DNA from: a bacterium
GTDB taxonomy: Bacteria > Electryoneota > RPQS01
Length of the DNA stretch: 64,000 nucleotides
Reading direction: 5' to 3'
Assembly (NCBI GenBank): GCA_016703065.1
Contig: JADJCU010000003.1
Location: 137,045-201,044, forward strand
This document shows, piece after piece, positions 1 through 9,429 of this stretch (position 1 is its first letter; each line of letters begins with the position of its first letter). Made by a program: the position numbers and the translations under genes. Below the pieces are notes generated by a model. The model made no database searches and was not told the DNA's origin. It saw only the letters and a program-made list of their open reading frames with translations.

Positions 1-97
1 ATCAGTATCACCCTTCACCGGGCTTGATCCGTGCGAAATCCGCCTCTCTCACAACCGGTATGGCCACTTTCAAGAAAAATTCGTAGGTTGAGGTCGG

Positions 98-901
98 GTG
101 TTCGGGAAACTAACGTACTTGACCCTCATGCGACTGCCAATCCCTGTTTTTTGCATCTACCTTCTGCTCGGCGCCTCGGCGAGTGCAGAAGACTATCTTC
201 GTTTGCGTGACGGCCGCATCGTCACCGGTGCTGTTATCCGGCAAGATACCGTTGCGGTCTACCTCACGGCCTGGGAACAGCGGAATGCGCGATTCCCGGA
301 CCTGCAGGTCTTCGTCAGAGATGAAGTCGAGTCCATCTGGATTGATGGGCCGCCTGCAACAAGCACGACTAAGCGGTACATGTTGCGGCCCGGACTGTTT
401 GAGTTAGGCGGCGGTTTCAGCCGCAATACGTGGGCCGGGACCATCCATGAAAGGCGTTTTCTGGGGCAGCTATCCCTTCAGGCTGGCTACACCATCTCAA
501 AACTGCTCGGCACGGAAGTAGCTGCGGATTTCAGTCTGCCCGGTGGCAAAGATGTTGACTCAACGTACGGCGACCTCAAGTTTGGCTATCAAATCGCTGC
601 TCACATCGTTGGGTCATTGAATCCCGGCGGCCCGGTGATTCCCTTCGCCTATGTCGGTGGAGGCAGTTCGCTCGGAATTCCGCGCGCCGGCTTGATCGAA
701 ACATCGAGTCGCGACGCCCACAATCTGATCGATGTTGGAATTGGATTGAAGTTCGGGTTGAACGGCATTGGTGTTCGCACAGAATTGCGCCATGCTTATT
801 ACACTTGGACACCCGATATAGCGGTGGATGACGAGGTTCGTTCACCGAGTCAAAACGCGGATGCAACAAGTTTGCGCGTCTCGCTCTTCACGTACTTCTA
901 A
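98..901 (+). CDS. putative outer-membrane beta-barrel protein (hypothetical)
   Basis: 267-aa ORF with a signal-like N-terminus (MRLPIPVFCIYLLLGASASA) and alternating amphipathic strands. It ends ...SLRVSLFTYF, an aromatic C-terminus typical of OM barrels. The stop lies 2 nt before the protease start at 904. The start may be GTG 98 or ATG 128. Confidence 0.5.
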   Translation: MFGKLTYLTLMRLPIPVFCIYLLLGASASAEDYLRLRDGRIVTGAVIRQDTVAVYLTAWEQRNARFPDLQVFVRDEVESIWIDGPPATSTTKRYMLRPGLFELGGGFSRNTWAGTIHERRFLGQLSLQAGYTISKLLGTEVAADFSLPGGKDVDSTYGDLKFGYQIAAHIVGSLNPGGPVIPFAYVGGGSSLGIPRAGLIETSSRDAHNLIDVGIGLKFGLNGIGVRTELRHAYYTWTPDIAVDDEVRSPSQNADATSLRVSLFTYF

Positions 902-903
902 GC

Positions 904-3780
904 ATGGCAAAACTCCACATGCGATTCAATTCTCTACTGCTCGCTCTGCTCCTGACTTGTACGGCCGCTTCGGCTGCCGCTGCAAAGGAATCATTCTCCG
1001 ATGTGCGGCTAAGCCAAGAGCTTCGGCCGACGCCGCCGCTCACGTCGGGCACGTTTCACTCGTGGATGGTCATGAGTGCCGGAGCAAACTCCGAGCTGCG
1101 CGTTCTCTGGGGAAGCCCGGTACCGATGCGCATCGCGTCGCCAGTTGATCTCGCGCAAGACGTTTTGCTCGGACTCGGCGTCGACGCCGACTTCCGTTCG
1201 CTGACCACGACCACAACGCCGTCTCGCACCTATCGCGTTTTTCGGCAATATGTTGACGATCTTCCTGTTCTGTCAGGTCGGCTTGACATTGCCCTGAACA
1301 AGCGCGGTGAAGCGGCTCGTATCAGACTGGCCGACTATTCGAGCTGGCCAACCGTCGGTCTGCACCGTCTATCAGCCTATGCGGCAGGGGAACACCTTGC
1401 GTTGAACCGTGAACCGGCCCATTGGCAGGTTGTTGATTCGCTGACCTTTGCTTGTTGGTATCCGGATTTGACCACTCGAGAATTGCGTGCCGCCTACTGG
1501 ATTCAGATTACGGGACCGCGTCCGCACCAGCGATATTTCGGAGTTGTCGACGCCGTTTCCGGCGAACGGATGCTCGAATGGCCCGGTATCGCGCATGACA
1601 ATTTAGACTTGCATATCGAGCAGCCCTATTGGCAGCCCTACGACCATAGTCCGACGCAAATTGCGCCGTGCGTGTCACAGAACGTCGAGATCAATGGAAC
1701 CCCATATGTCACAAGTTCCGCAGGCAACGTCAGCGTCGAAGCGGGGACGCATGCCGACGTCATCTCGACCTTGACCGGGCCTTACGTCGAAGTGATCAAC
1801 GACGACACGGGCGAAGAGGCGATTCGCGCGAACATTTGGAACGCTCCATATGCGCCGACGACTTGGGGCTGGTCACTTGACGATGCGACGCGGCCCGAAT
1901 TCAACCTCTTTTATCACACAGAGTTCATTCACGACTGGTACAAGATTATCGATCCGGAGTACGATGCGCTCGACTATCCGATGCCGGCGGTTGCCAACTA
2001 CGGCAGCTCCTACGACAACGCATTCTGGAACGGATGGGGAACATATTATGGCTCTGGTCAGAACTACGGCGACTTCGCGATGTACTCTGATGTCATATAC
2101 CATGAGTATACACATGGTGTAACAGATGGCATCTACCCGAATGGCATGTTGCCCTATGTCGATCAACCCGGCGCGATGAATGAGGCCTGGTCGGACTACT
2201 TTGCCTGCACAATTAACGGCGATCCGCTGATGGCAGAGTGGTTGAGTGGCAATGCGAACACGTACTTCCGCGATCTCGCCGGCCATATGCACTATCCGGA
2301 AAACTGGGTCGGCGAAGTGCACGGCGACAGTCCGTTTATCTCCGCCCCGCTCTGGAGAATCCGCACCGCGATGGGAACCGATTTCGCCGACTCGCTCGCG
2401 CATTTCGCGCGCTACGCGTTGACAGAGACGTTCTTCGACTACTTTGTGGCCGTGCTTGAGACTGACGACGACGACGGGGACTTGTCCAACGGTACGCCTA
2501 ATGACGCGGTTATCTATGATGCCTTTGGCCAGAGTGGTATTGGACCAGGCGTCGAGCCGAATTTCGTGCTGCAGTCTATCGCATTCGATGACGGACTAAA
2601 CGGCAACGGCTTTGTTGAAGCGGGTGAGACAGTCACCGTGACTTTCACCCTTTTCAACGACGTTACGCTTTATCCGCCGACTGCAACCAACATCAGTTTG
2701 GTCGCTTCGGAAATCGACGACGATCTCACGCTGAATGGCGCCGTCCACTCGCCTGGCCAACTGGGGCCACGAGATTCAGTAACCGTTGGTCCAATTCAAG
2801 TCGTGGTCGCGGCCGGCGCAAGTGATCATTGGGGAGTCTTGCACTTGTCCATTGCCGCGGATCAACTTACCGAGCCGTTTGCAAAGGACATTGAGTTCAC
2901 GATTGGCATTCCGCAAATACGAATTGTGACTCGTGACGTTGACTCGCACGTGGATAATTTTGTGACGTCCGCTCTACGCACGATTGACAAGATATTTGTG
3001 CACGAACGGCTTGAAACGACTGCACCGCTCGACCTTTCAGCCTTGCCGGATACCGGACTGGTGCTCTGGCTTTCGGGCGATCTTGATGACTCAGGTTTGC
3101 TGCCCGGAGACCGCGCGGCACTCGGGAACTTTGTGAGCAATGGCGGATATCTCGCCCTATCGGGTCAGGACATTCTCGGCGGTATCGCGGGTACACCCTT
3201 CGCCGATGACTTGCTTGGCGTTGACATCGCCGGCTATTCGCAATTGCGTATGGCCACAACGCTGGCCGATCCCTTCGCACACGGAGACACATATCTTATC
3301 GCCGGCTCCGGCGGCGCGGCAAATCAGGATAGCATGACCGTGCTCGATATAGTCGGAACCGCGGAACCCGTGCTCCGGTACGGTCCGGCAGGCGCCAGCG
3401 TAGCCGCCGCAGTCGGACAGACTGGCCGTACAATGGTGATTGGCTTCGGAATCGAGGCTGTGAGCGATCGTTCACATATTAACAATCGTTCGCGCGAGGA
3501 GTTTCTCGACCGAATGCTGATGTGGGCTGGTCACAGCAGCAGTCTGCCTTCCGGGGAACATCTCCAGCCTGCTCCGGCTGACTTCGCATTGACGTCTGCA
3601 TATCCGAATCCGTTCAACAGCGAAGTTCGAATCGAGTTTCAGACTGGCCATGCCCGCGATGCGCGCTTGGTAATTTACGATGTGCTGGGCCGCGAAGTCT
3701 TTAGCGCAGCGGATTTGCGCGGCAGCGGGACGTTTGCCTGGCAACCGTCGCTCGCAAGCGGGTCTACTTCGCTGTCTTGA
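904..3780 (+). CDS. secreted zinc metalloprotease, thermolysin/fungalysin clan (M4/M36-like), with T9SS-type C-terminal sorting domain; 3' end frame-broken
   Basis: Signal peptide (LLLALLLTCTAASAAAA). HEXXH site VIYHEYTHGV plus downstream GAMNEAWSDYF, the third-ligand Glu motif of gluzincins. C-terminal AYPNPFNSEVRIEFQ...LVIYDVLGREV is a Por/T9SS tail. The expected last strand (VYFAVLKSESGVTAPRKLLLMR) lies in another frame and runs to 3830. Confidence 0.8.
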   Translation: MAKLHMRFNSLLLALLLTCTAASAAAAKESFSDVRLSQELRPTPPLTSGTFHSWMVMSAGANSELRVLWGSPVPMRIASPVDLAQDVLLGLGVDADFRSLTTTTTPSRTYRVFRQYVDDLPVLSGRLDIALNKRGEAARIRLADYSSWPTVGLHRLSAYAAGEHLALNREPAHWQVVDSLTFACWYPDLTTRELRAAYWIQITGPRPHQRYFGVVDAVSGERMLEWPGIAHDNLDLHIEQPYWQPYDHSPTQIAPCVSQNVEINGTPYVTSSAGNVSVEAGTHADVISTLTGPYVEVINDDTGEEAIRANIWNAPYAPTTWGWSLDDATRPEFNLFYHTEFIHDWYKIIDPEYDALDYPMPAVANYGSSYDNAFWNGWGTYYGSGQNYGDFAMYSDVIYHEYTHGVTDGIYPNGMLPYVDQPGAMNEAWSDYFACTINGDPLMAEWLSGNANTYFRDLAGHMHYPENWVGEVHGDSPFISAPLWRIRTAMGTDFADSLAHFARYALTETFFDYFVAVLETDDDDGDLSNGTPNDAVIYDAFGQSGIGPGVEPNFVLQSIAFDDGLNGNGFVEAGETVTVTFTLFNDVTLYPPTATNISLVASEIDDDLTLNGAVHSPGQLGPRDSVTVGPIQVVVAAGASDHWGVLHLSIAADQLTEPFAKDIEFTIGIPQIRIVTRDVDSHVDNFVTSALRTIDKIFVHERLETTAPLDLSALPDTGLVLWLSGDLDDSGLLPGDRAALGNFVSNGGYLALSGQDILGGIAGTPFADDLLGVDIAGYSQLRMATTLADPFAHGDTYLIAGSGGAANQDSMTVLDIVGTAEPVLRYGPAGASVAAAVGQTGRTMVIGFGIEAVSDRSHINNRSREEFLDRMLMWAGHSSSLPSGEHLQPAPADFALTSAYPNPFNSEVRIEFQTGHARDARLVIYDVLGREVFSAADLRGSGTFAWQPSLASGSTSLS

Positions 3781-3851
3781 AATCAGAATCGGGTGTGACT
3801 GCGCCACGCAAGCTGCTGTTGATGCGCTAAATCTCAAATCAATTTCAGAAC

Positions 3852-3884
3852 GCAAAGCGGGACTCGATAGGAGTCCCGCTTTGC
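3852..3884. terminator. bidirectional stem-loop between convergent protease and mutM genes
   Basis: Perfect 14-bp inverted repeat GCAAAGCGGGACTC / GAGTCCCGCTTTGC with a 5-nt loop (GATAG), sitting in the 126-nt convergent gap. Confidence 0.65.
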
Positions 3885-3906
3885 TATTCCGAGAAGTCGT
3901 TTCTCA

Positions 3907-4731
3907 CTATTTGCCGCGCTGGCAGCGCGGGCAGTAATACGTAGATCTCTGCGCTTGGCCGATGCGTTTGATCGTGGCGCCGCACCGCTCACATGCTTCA
4001 GATTCTCGGTCGTAGACTCGAAACTCCTTCTGATATGATCCGTACTTGCCCTCAGGACTCATGAAATCGCGCAAGGACGAACCGCCGCGCTCCAGCGCGC
4101 GCGAGAGAACATCAGGCACGGCCCTACACAACCGATCATATTGGGCCAAGGTCAAGCGATTCGCTGCTTTTTGGGGATCAATCTGCGCCACCCAGCAAAC
4201 TTCACTTGCGTAGATGTTGCCGATTCCGGCCCAGACAGTTTGGTCGAGCAAGACCGGCTTGATCGCCATCTTACGCTTCTCGAGCGCTTTTTTTAGCATG
4301 TCGCCCGTAACGCCCGCTTCAAGCGGCTCCCAACCCAATCCACTCAGCGCCCCTATTTCGTCGCTCTTCGCATAGTAACCAAGTGTGCCGAGCGTTCGCG
4401 GATCCTTGAAGAAGAGCGTGTCACGCTCGTCATCGAGAACAAAACCCGCGCGCAAGTGCACATGCGGTTTCTGCTCAGTTGGCGCAACAAACAGTCGACC
4501 GGTCATTCGCAAATGCACAAGCACAATTCCGCGCACTACTTCGATAAGTATGTACTTACCACGCCGCGTCACATCGAGTATTCGCTGGCCGCGCACTTTT
4601 CCGGATAACTGTCGGATCGTCTGCGAGCCCAACTGCCGCGGCACAGTCGACCATGCGCTCCGGATTACGCGGTCAACAATCAGCGGTCGTAGCTCGCGCA
4701 CCGCCGTTTCGACTTCAGGTAACTCAGGCAT
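3907..4731 (-). CDS. mutM: formamidopyrimidine-DNA glycosylase (Fpg/MutM)
   Basis: N-terminus M-PELPEVET (catalytic Pro2) and C-terminal zinc finger CERCG...YYCPRCQ. The start is set at the second Met so that Pro is residue 2. Confidence 0.9.
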   Translation of the reverse strand: MPELPEVETAVRELRPLIVDRVIRSAWSTVPRQLGSQTIRQLSGKVRGQRILDVTRRGKYILIEVVRGIVLVHLRMTGRLFVAPTEQKPHVHLRAGFVLDDERDTLFFKDPRTLGTLGYYAKSDEIGALSGLGWEPLEAGVTGDMLKKALEKRKMAIKPVLLDQTVWAGIGNIYASEVCWVAQIDPQKAANRLTLAQYDRLCRAVPDVLSRALERGGSSLRDFMSPEGKYGSYQKEFRVYDRESEACERCGATIKRIGQAQRSTYYCPRCQRGK

Positions 4732-6004
4732 CATGGAATCTCTTCAGGAAGTCGCCTACCAAGTAGAATGAACCGCACAGGACGCCGCGAGTGTCAGGCG
4801 GGAGCGATAATAACTCAGCATAGGCGGAACCCCGCTCAATGACTCGTGTCGCAAATCCCATTTCCGTCGCGATCAATCCCAGTTCTTCGCGCGAAAAGCT
4901 GCGGGGTGTCGGCGCATCCGTGACCCACAATTCGTCCACGACATGCAGTAGATGCCCAAGCGAGGCGCGAGCGTCCTTGTCGCGCATCATCGCCACCACT
5001 GCAATCCGCCGCGAAAAGTCCTGTTCATGATTCAGGGAATCGGCAAGTGCATCAAATGACGCCGGATTGTGGCAAACGTCGATCATAATGTTAGGATATC
5101 CAGAAAGTTCCTGCTGCCTCGCCTGCAGCTTCAAGTCACTTAGCGCCCTGTTCATTTCCAGTTCCGTCAACGAACGATCGAGGTTCAATGCGGCCGCGGC
5201 CGCTACGGCGAGATTATGCCGCTGAAACTCCCCGCTCACCGGAAGGAGCAGGTTCGCGTCGTGTTCATCAAAGGAGAAGCGCACGACGTTGTCAGGATCG
5301 CGAATCGCTCGAAAGTCGCGCCCCTCATAGTAGAGAACCGCATCCTTGGCACTCGCGGCCTCTGTAACAACGGGCAGTGCGTCGAGGTGCTGCTCGGCAG
5401 AAAAACATATACACCCTTGTTTAATGATTCCGCTCTTGTCGCGCGCGATCTCGGCGATGGTTTTGCCAAGGATGTCCGTGTGGTCGAGATGAATCCTGGT
5501 CAGGATTGCAGTCGTTCGCTTCAGCACATTCGTCGCGTCAAAACTACCTCCGAGTCCGGTCTCCACAACATGCGCGGTCGTGCCTAACCGCTGTGCGCAC
5601 CACAGGTAGAAGACAAAGGTCGTTTCAAAATACGTCAGGTCAATTTTCGGAGCGCGCGCGCACTCGGCACGAAGGACATCTATGCCTTCATTCCACACTT
5701 CACCACTCAGGTCTGACCCGTTTAGCCGCACGCGCTCTTTAGGCGACACAAGATGCGGACTCGTGAACGAGAGCACATTATGCCGCACAGAAAGCAACGC
5801 CTGTGCGAAGGCCGCCGTGGATCCTTTGCCAACGGTCCCTGCGATATGAAGACACTTCGGCGGAGCAAGCAGAAGCCCAAGCCGTTCACACGCGGCGTAC
5901 ACCGGAGCGAGTTTCGGGCGGCCTCGGCTTCCGCCGAGCGGAAACGTGACTTCATAGTTGATAAGCGAGTTGAGGTATTCTTCAACTCGAGTGAAACTAT
6001 TCAT
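4724..6004 (-). CDS. folC: folylpolyglutamate synthase / dihydrofolate synthase (Mur-ligase family)
   Basis: P-loop HIAGTVGKGST and Mur-ligase central and C-terminal pattern. 426 aa. Overlaps the mutM start by 8 nt. Confidence 0.8.
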   Translation of the reverse strand: MNSFTRVEEYLNSLINYEVTFPLGGSRGRPKLAPVYAACERLGLLLAPPKCLHIAGTVGKGSTAAFAQALLSVRHNVLSFTSPHLVSPKERVRLNGSDLSGEVWNEGIDVLRAECARAPKIDLTYFETTFVFYLWCAQRLGTTAHVVETGLGGSFDATNVLKRTTAILTRIHLDHTDILGKTIAEIARDKSGIIKQGCICFSAEQHLDALPVVTEAASAKDAVLYYEGRDFRAIRDPDNVVRFSFDEHDANLLLPVSGEFQRHNLAVAAAAALNLDRSLTELEMNRALSDLKLQARQQELSGYPNIMIDVCHNPASFDALADSLNHEQDFSRRIAVVAMMRDKDARASLGHLLHVVDELWVTDAPTPRSFSREELGLIATEMGFATRVIERGSAYAELLSLPPDTRGVLCGSFYLVGDFLKRFHDA

Positions 6005-6549
6005 TCGTAGTATCGTTTAACTGGGAGAAGTGGCGGGGAACGCCTGTAAGATACGGAGATGCGCGGCGACGCGCAAGCGAGCGGGAGGATGATGCGGCGG
6101 CCGCGCAACACAATGGCGTTGCGCGGGAGCAACTTGCACGAGGCCGTGCGTTGCGCGGCGGCCTCTCGCGGGGAGAGGCTTAGTGAATTGTACCTGGTTT
6201 CTTTGCACCACTCACGATTCCGCTATGGTGCTGGGGGGTCACAAGCCGCGTTATGTTGTGCCATAACATCTTGAAGATGTTTTGACGATGGGAGCTTGTT
6301 GTAATCTCAAGGTTTTTGCAGGACAGACCGCTGCAATACGGCGGGTGATTTTGGTCTGTCCACTGTTCGAAATCAGGTTGGGGCTTCATGGTCTAATTGC
6401 CCTATAATTTTTTCCAAGAGTATGCTCTCTTGGCTTGCGCAAACCGCGCTGTTAGAGTATATTTATTACGGTTTCGTTATTGACATGCAGCCCCAGAGGG
6501 GGTCCGATAGATCCGATGAATAATCTGACGAATAAGCAAGGAGCAGCCG

Positions 6550-6828
6550 ATGTCCACATTTGAAGAGACTATGGAAAACAGCCGGATCTTTCTGACCTAC
6601 AGTCTGGCCATGACGATGCTCGGAAAGTCCGCACAGATACTCGCTGAGCGCGGTGCTGACCCCAAGGCGATGAGCTTCGTGACCACCGGCATTGAGCTGC
6701 TGGCAAAGCAGCTCCGCGACTACGCCGACGGGAAGGACCTTGAAGACGGCGCCGAGAAGGAACTTGACAGCCTCTGCAAGATGCTCGACATTCAGCGCGC
6801 GAACGGCGGCGCAGCGCCTGCCGCGTAA
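6550..6828 (+). CDS. hypothetical small protein (92 aa)
   Basis: ATG preceded by a strong RBS (AAGGAG, 6 nt upstream) and followed by a stem-loop plus T-tract. No family recognised. Confidence 0.45.
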   Translation: MSTFEETMENSRIFLTYSLAMTMLGKSAQILAERGADPKAMSFVTTGIELLAKQLRDYADGKDLEDGAEKELDSLCKMLDIQRANGGAAPAA

Positions 6829-7202
6829 TCTCCCCAAGATCGCTTTTGTGCGAGGCCGGTGAAGCAGTTCACCGGCTTCTTCTTTGAAACCCGCCGAGCC
6901 GTTTGATCTGCCCCGAGAGCGTCCCTTCTCACGTTGCGGGCAGTAAACGGCGGATCATTCCTTTTCATCTTGCGCAATTTGCGCTCCAGCAGGAGCAGAA
7001 CCTTCTGGGCGACCTTGTTGGGAGTCGTGCGGCCGTTTTCCCAGCGGTTGACCGTAGCGAACGTCACCCCGATTTCGTGGGCGAAGTTCTCCTGGGTCAT
7101 GTTGAGGTCTTCGCGCAATTGCTTGATACGGCCTCCATCGAAGTCATCCGGGTGGGGACGGCTTTGGCGAATCATGTTGCGGGCGATGGTCGTGGCGTCC
7201 AT
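6792..7202 (-). CDS. XRE-family helix-turn-helix transcriptional regulator
   Basis: HTH_3-type segment LREDLNMTQENFAHEIGVTFATVNRWENGRTTP. RBS GGAGA lies 8 nt upstream of the ATG. Confidence 0.75.
   Translation of the reverse strand: MDATTIARNMIRQSRPHPDDFDGGRIKQLREDLNMTQENFAHEIGVTFATVNRWENGRTTPNKVAQKVLLLLERKLRKMKRNDPPFTARNVRRDALGADQTARRVSKKKPVNCFTGLAQKRSWGDYAAGAAPPFAR
6855..6886 (+). terminator. rho-independent-type terminator of the 92-aa gene
   Basis: 9-bp stem GCCGGTGAA / TTCACCGGC, loop GCAG, then TTCTTCTTTG. It lies inside the 3' tail of the convergent XRE ORF. Confidence 0.5.
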
Positions 7203-7233
7203 GTATGGGTCTCCGTATTGCGGTTTGTGTGTT

Positions 7234-7245
7234 GTGTTATAACAC
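7234..7245. promoter_or_regulatory. perfect 12-bp palindrome GTGTTATAACAC, candidate operator overlapping a TATAAC -10-like hexamer of the XRE gene
   Basis: Located 32-43 nt upstream of the XRE start codon. On the minus strand the palindrome contains TATAAC, with a weak -35 (GTGGCA) 17 nt upstream. Confidence 0.35.
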
Positions 7246-7375
7246 TTAGCAAGCCTTGTGCCACATACTTAGAGCGGTCTCATTGGCCCGGATTTTGGCC
7301 GGAAGCCGCCGAAAAACTTTGACTTCTTCAATGTAGGCCGCGCTTATACCGGGCAAACCCGCCCGCCCTCCTGCA

Positions 7376-7400
7376 CAAAAAACCCGGCCATACCCGGGTT
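7376..7400 (-). terminator. rho-independent terminator downstream of the beta-helix protein gene
   Basis: The minus strand reads AACCCGG-GTATGG-CCGGGTT followed by TTTTTTGTG. It lies about 90 nt after the stop at 7486. Confidence 0.6.
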
Positions 7401-7485
7401 GTCGATTGCACCTCTCTGTCTGTAACGGAAAGTAAGTGGCCCCGAGCCTACCTCGCGTGACCCGCTGCTTTTCGCGTGCTAACCA

Positions 7486-9333
7486 TCACCATGACCGTTT
7501 CAGGGTAATCTCCATTGGCTCGCCCACCGGAATGCCCCGTAACACGCTCTCCGGAGCCTCGGTACAGATGACGCGATAGTAGTGCGCAGCCTCAAAGGAC
7601 ACGACCTCCTCGTGATAGAAAGGTGAGCTGTCGGCCCAGCCAAGGAAGTAATAGGGGCCTTCTGACATCGGCGCATGGAAAACCAGATAGTGGACAGCCG
7701 TCAGTGGGCAGCCACCTTCTGACCCGGTGACGGGCCGCCAGGCAAGCCGCACATCATTGCCGACGGACGTCACCGTCAGGTACGGCGACGCCGGTGTCGT
7801 CACCCGAACCGCCGATAGCGGAATCTGCACATAACCGTTGACCGCATTCCCTGCATCGCTCTGAATCCGCAACAAGTCGCCATACGTTCCATCTGCCGCC
7901 GAAGCAAAGCTCAATTGCAGCGAACAGGCGCTCATCTCGCCAGAGCCAAGCGCAAAGAGACCCGGACACCCTGTTACTCGCGAGAATTCCGCACTGACCG
8001 GCTCCAATGGCTGATAGACGATTGTCGCCGCATTACCAAAATTCTTCAAGCGAAACCAGTCGCTCAAGTTCCCCGGACATTCAACGCTACCCACGTTCCA
8101 TGTCGTCAGGGCGGTCGCCGGCTGAGCCGATCTAACGAGAGCCAAGAACCCCGTCCCGACGGCAATTACGAAATCCCCACTGGTCACACCGCAGAGTTCT
8201 CCCTGCTGGACCGAACAGACCCGCAACCTGCAATGGTTTCCTGGAGGCGCGGATACCGGCCACGGGAATTGCCCATCATTGGGTGTGCTTGGCGCGAGAA
8301 CCTCCCATGGCCCGTCAGGAAAACTGCGGTTCAACTCGATCTGGACATCCCCGACCACACCTTGCGATTGCCAATTGATCGACAGTGTCTCGCCAACCAA
8401 CGAGGTATCTCCTGCGGCCGGATGGTCGACGACAATCCCCACGGGCGGGAGATCCCCGGTCGGGTATGCGCCCATGTCCGCCCGCGATCCATCTTCGTCC
8501 TGAGCATCGGGGTCTCCCGCATTTATGCAAGGCGATCCGATTTGTAGGTGGTAGTTGCGCCCGTTCTCATCATCAAACTGCGGGTTACCGGAGATGTTTC
8601 CCGGCCCTGTATATCCTCCGCGCACACACGAGTAGCTGATCTGGGCGCCCGATGCCGCCATGATGCTCCATAGAATGCAACTGGTCACATCCGGTCCAGA
8701 GTCGTAGCAATGCAGGTCGCCGCCGATGTTATTGGCCAGTGTCGAACGACGCATGCTTCCGTTGCTCAAGGAAAACCAGACGGCATTGTACCCAACCGGT
8801 GAATCGTTGTCATGAAACACGCAGCGCTCGATTAGTGAGTTTGATCCGTCAAAAATACAGATTGCCGACCCGCGTGACGCTTCATTGTGGCGAAAAGTGC
8901 TGCGCAAAATCGTCGGCGAGCAGTTGGCCGTGTAAATCGCGCCGCCGTTGGTATTCTCGTCATTGCCGATTCCCTTATATGCGTATTCAAACACGCAGTA
9001 CTCGACCAGGCTGCCGCTTGCTTGCGCACCGTAAAACCTGATTCCCGACCACCGATGCCCTTCAATCGGCTCCAGTCGTCCAAACAGTATCGAATCCACG
9101 GCAGTGCCCACCGCCTGGAGGTCGCCATAAACGTCAAAACGATAGTGGCCGCTAAACAAGACATCGACTCCGGGCGCAACTGAGAGCTGCTGTCCCGACA
9201 GGAGCTGAATGTTACAGTCCACAATGAGCGGCGAATCCGCTCCTTCCCAGCTACCTGCGACGTTGCCGCAGACGTGCAGTTCTGCGTGGCCGAGCAGGCA
9301 AGTTAGCAGCACGAGAGAGATGGTCCGCAGCAT
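7486..9333 (-). CDS. secreted right-handed parallel beta-helix repeat protein (function unknown)
   Basis: Signal peptide MLRTISLVLLTCLLGHA. Repeated N-x-GGAIY / ASRGSAI / NNIGGDL turns typical of PbH1 beta-helix repeats, followed by Ig-like C-terminal regions. Confidence 0.6.
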   Translation of the reverse strand: MLRTISLVLLTCLLGHAELHVCGNVAGSWEGADSPLIVDCNIQLLSGQQLSVAPGVDVLFSGHYRFDVYGDLQAVGTAVDSILFGRLEPIEGHRWSGIRFYGAQASGSLVEYCVFEYAYKGIGNDENTNGGAIYTANCSPTILRSTFRHNEASRGSAICIFDGSNSLIERCVFHDNDSPVGYNAVWFSLSNGSMRRSTLANNIGGDLHCYDSGPDVTSCILWSIMAASGAQISYSCVRGGYTGPGNISGNPQFDDENGRNYHLQIGSPCINAGDPDAQDEDGSRADMGAYPTGDLPPVGIVVDHPAAGDTSLVGETLSINWQSQGVVGDVQIELNRSFPDGPWEVLAPSTPNDGQFPWPVSAPPGNHCRLRVCSVQQGELCGVTSGDFVIAVGTGFLALVRSAQPATALTTWNVGSVECPGNLSDWFRLKNFGNAATIVYQPLEPVSAEFSRVTGCPGLFALGSGEMSACSLQLSFASAADGTYGDLLRIQSDAGNAVNGYVQIPLSAVRVTTPASPYLTVTSVGNDVRLAWRPVTGSEGGCPLTAVHYLVFHAPMSEGPYYFLGWADSSPFYHEEVVSFEAAHYYRVICTEAPESVLRGIPVGEPMEITLKRSW

Positions 9334-9375
9334 GAGATACCCCGATTCTAATTGTGGGACGCGGACATGGACAAA

Positions 9376-9401
9376 CGCGGCGGCTCTTTCAAGCCGCCGC
9401 G
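9376..9401 (-). terminator. stem-loop downstream of asnA
   Basis: 10-bp GC-rich stem CGCGGCGGCT / AGCCGCCGCG with a 6-nt loop, 29 nt after the asnA stop. Only a weak T-tract (GTTTGTCC) follows. Confidence 0.45.
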
Positions 9402-9429
9402 AAGCTCAACCAGTCCAGCGGCACGCTGG

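Noticed and set aside
6321-6361. 9-bp inverted repeat GGACAGACC ... GGTCTGTCC with a 23-nt loop in the folC-upstream non-coding region, and the small ORF 6180..6389.
   Set aside because: There is no U-tract on either strand and no recognisable RNA family. The 69-aa ORF has no RBS and an implausible composition. Evidence is insufficient to call a feature.
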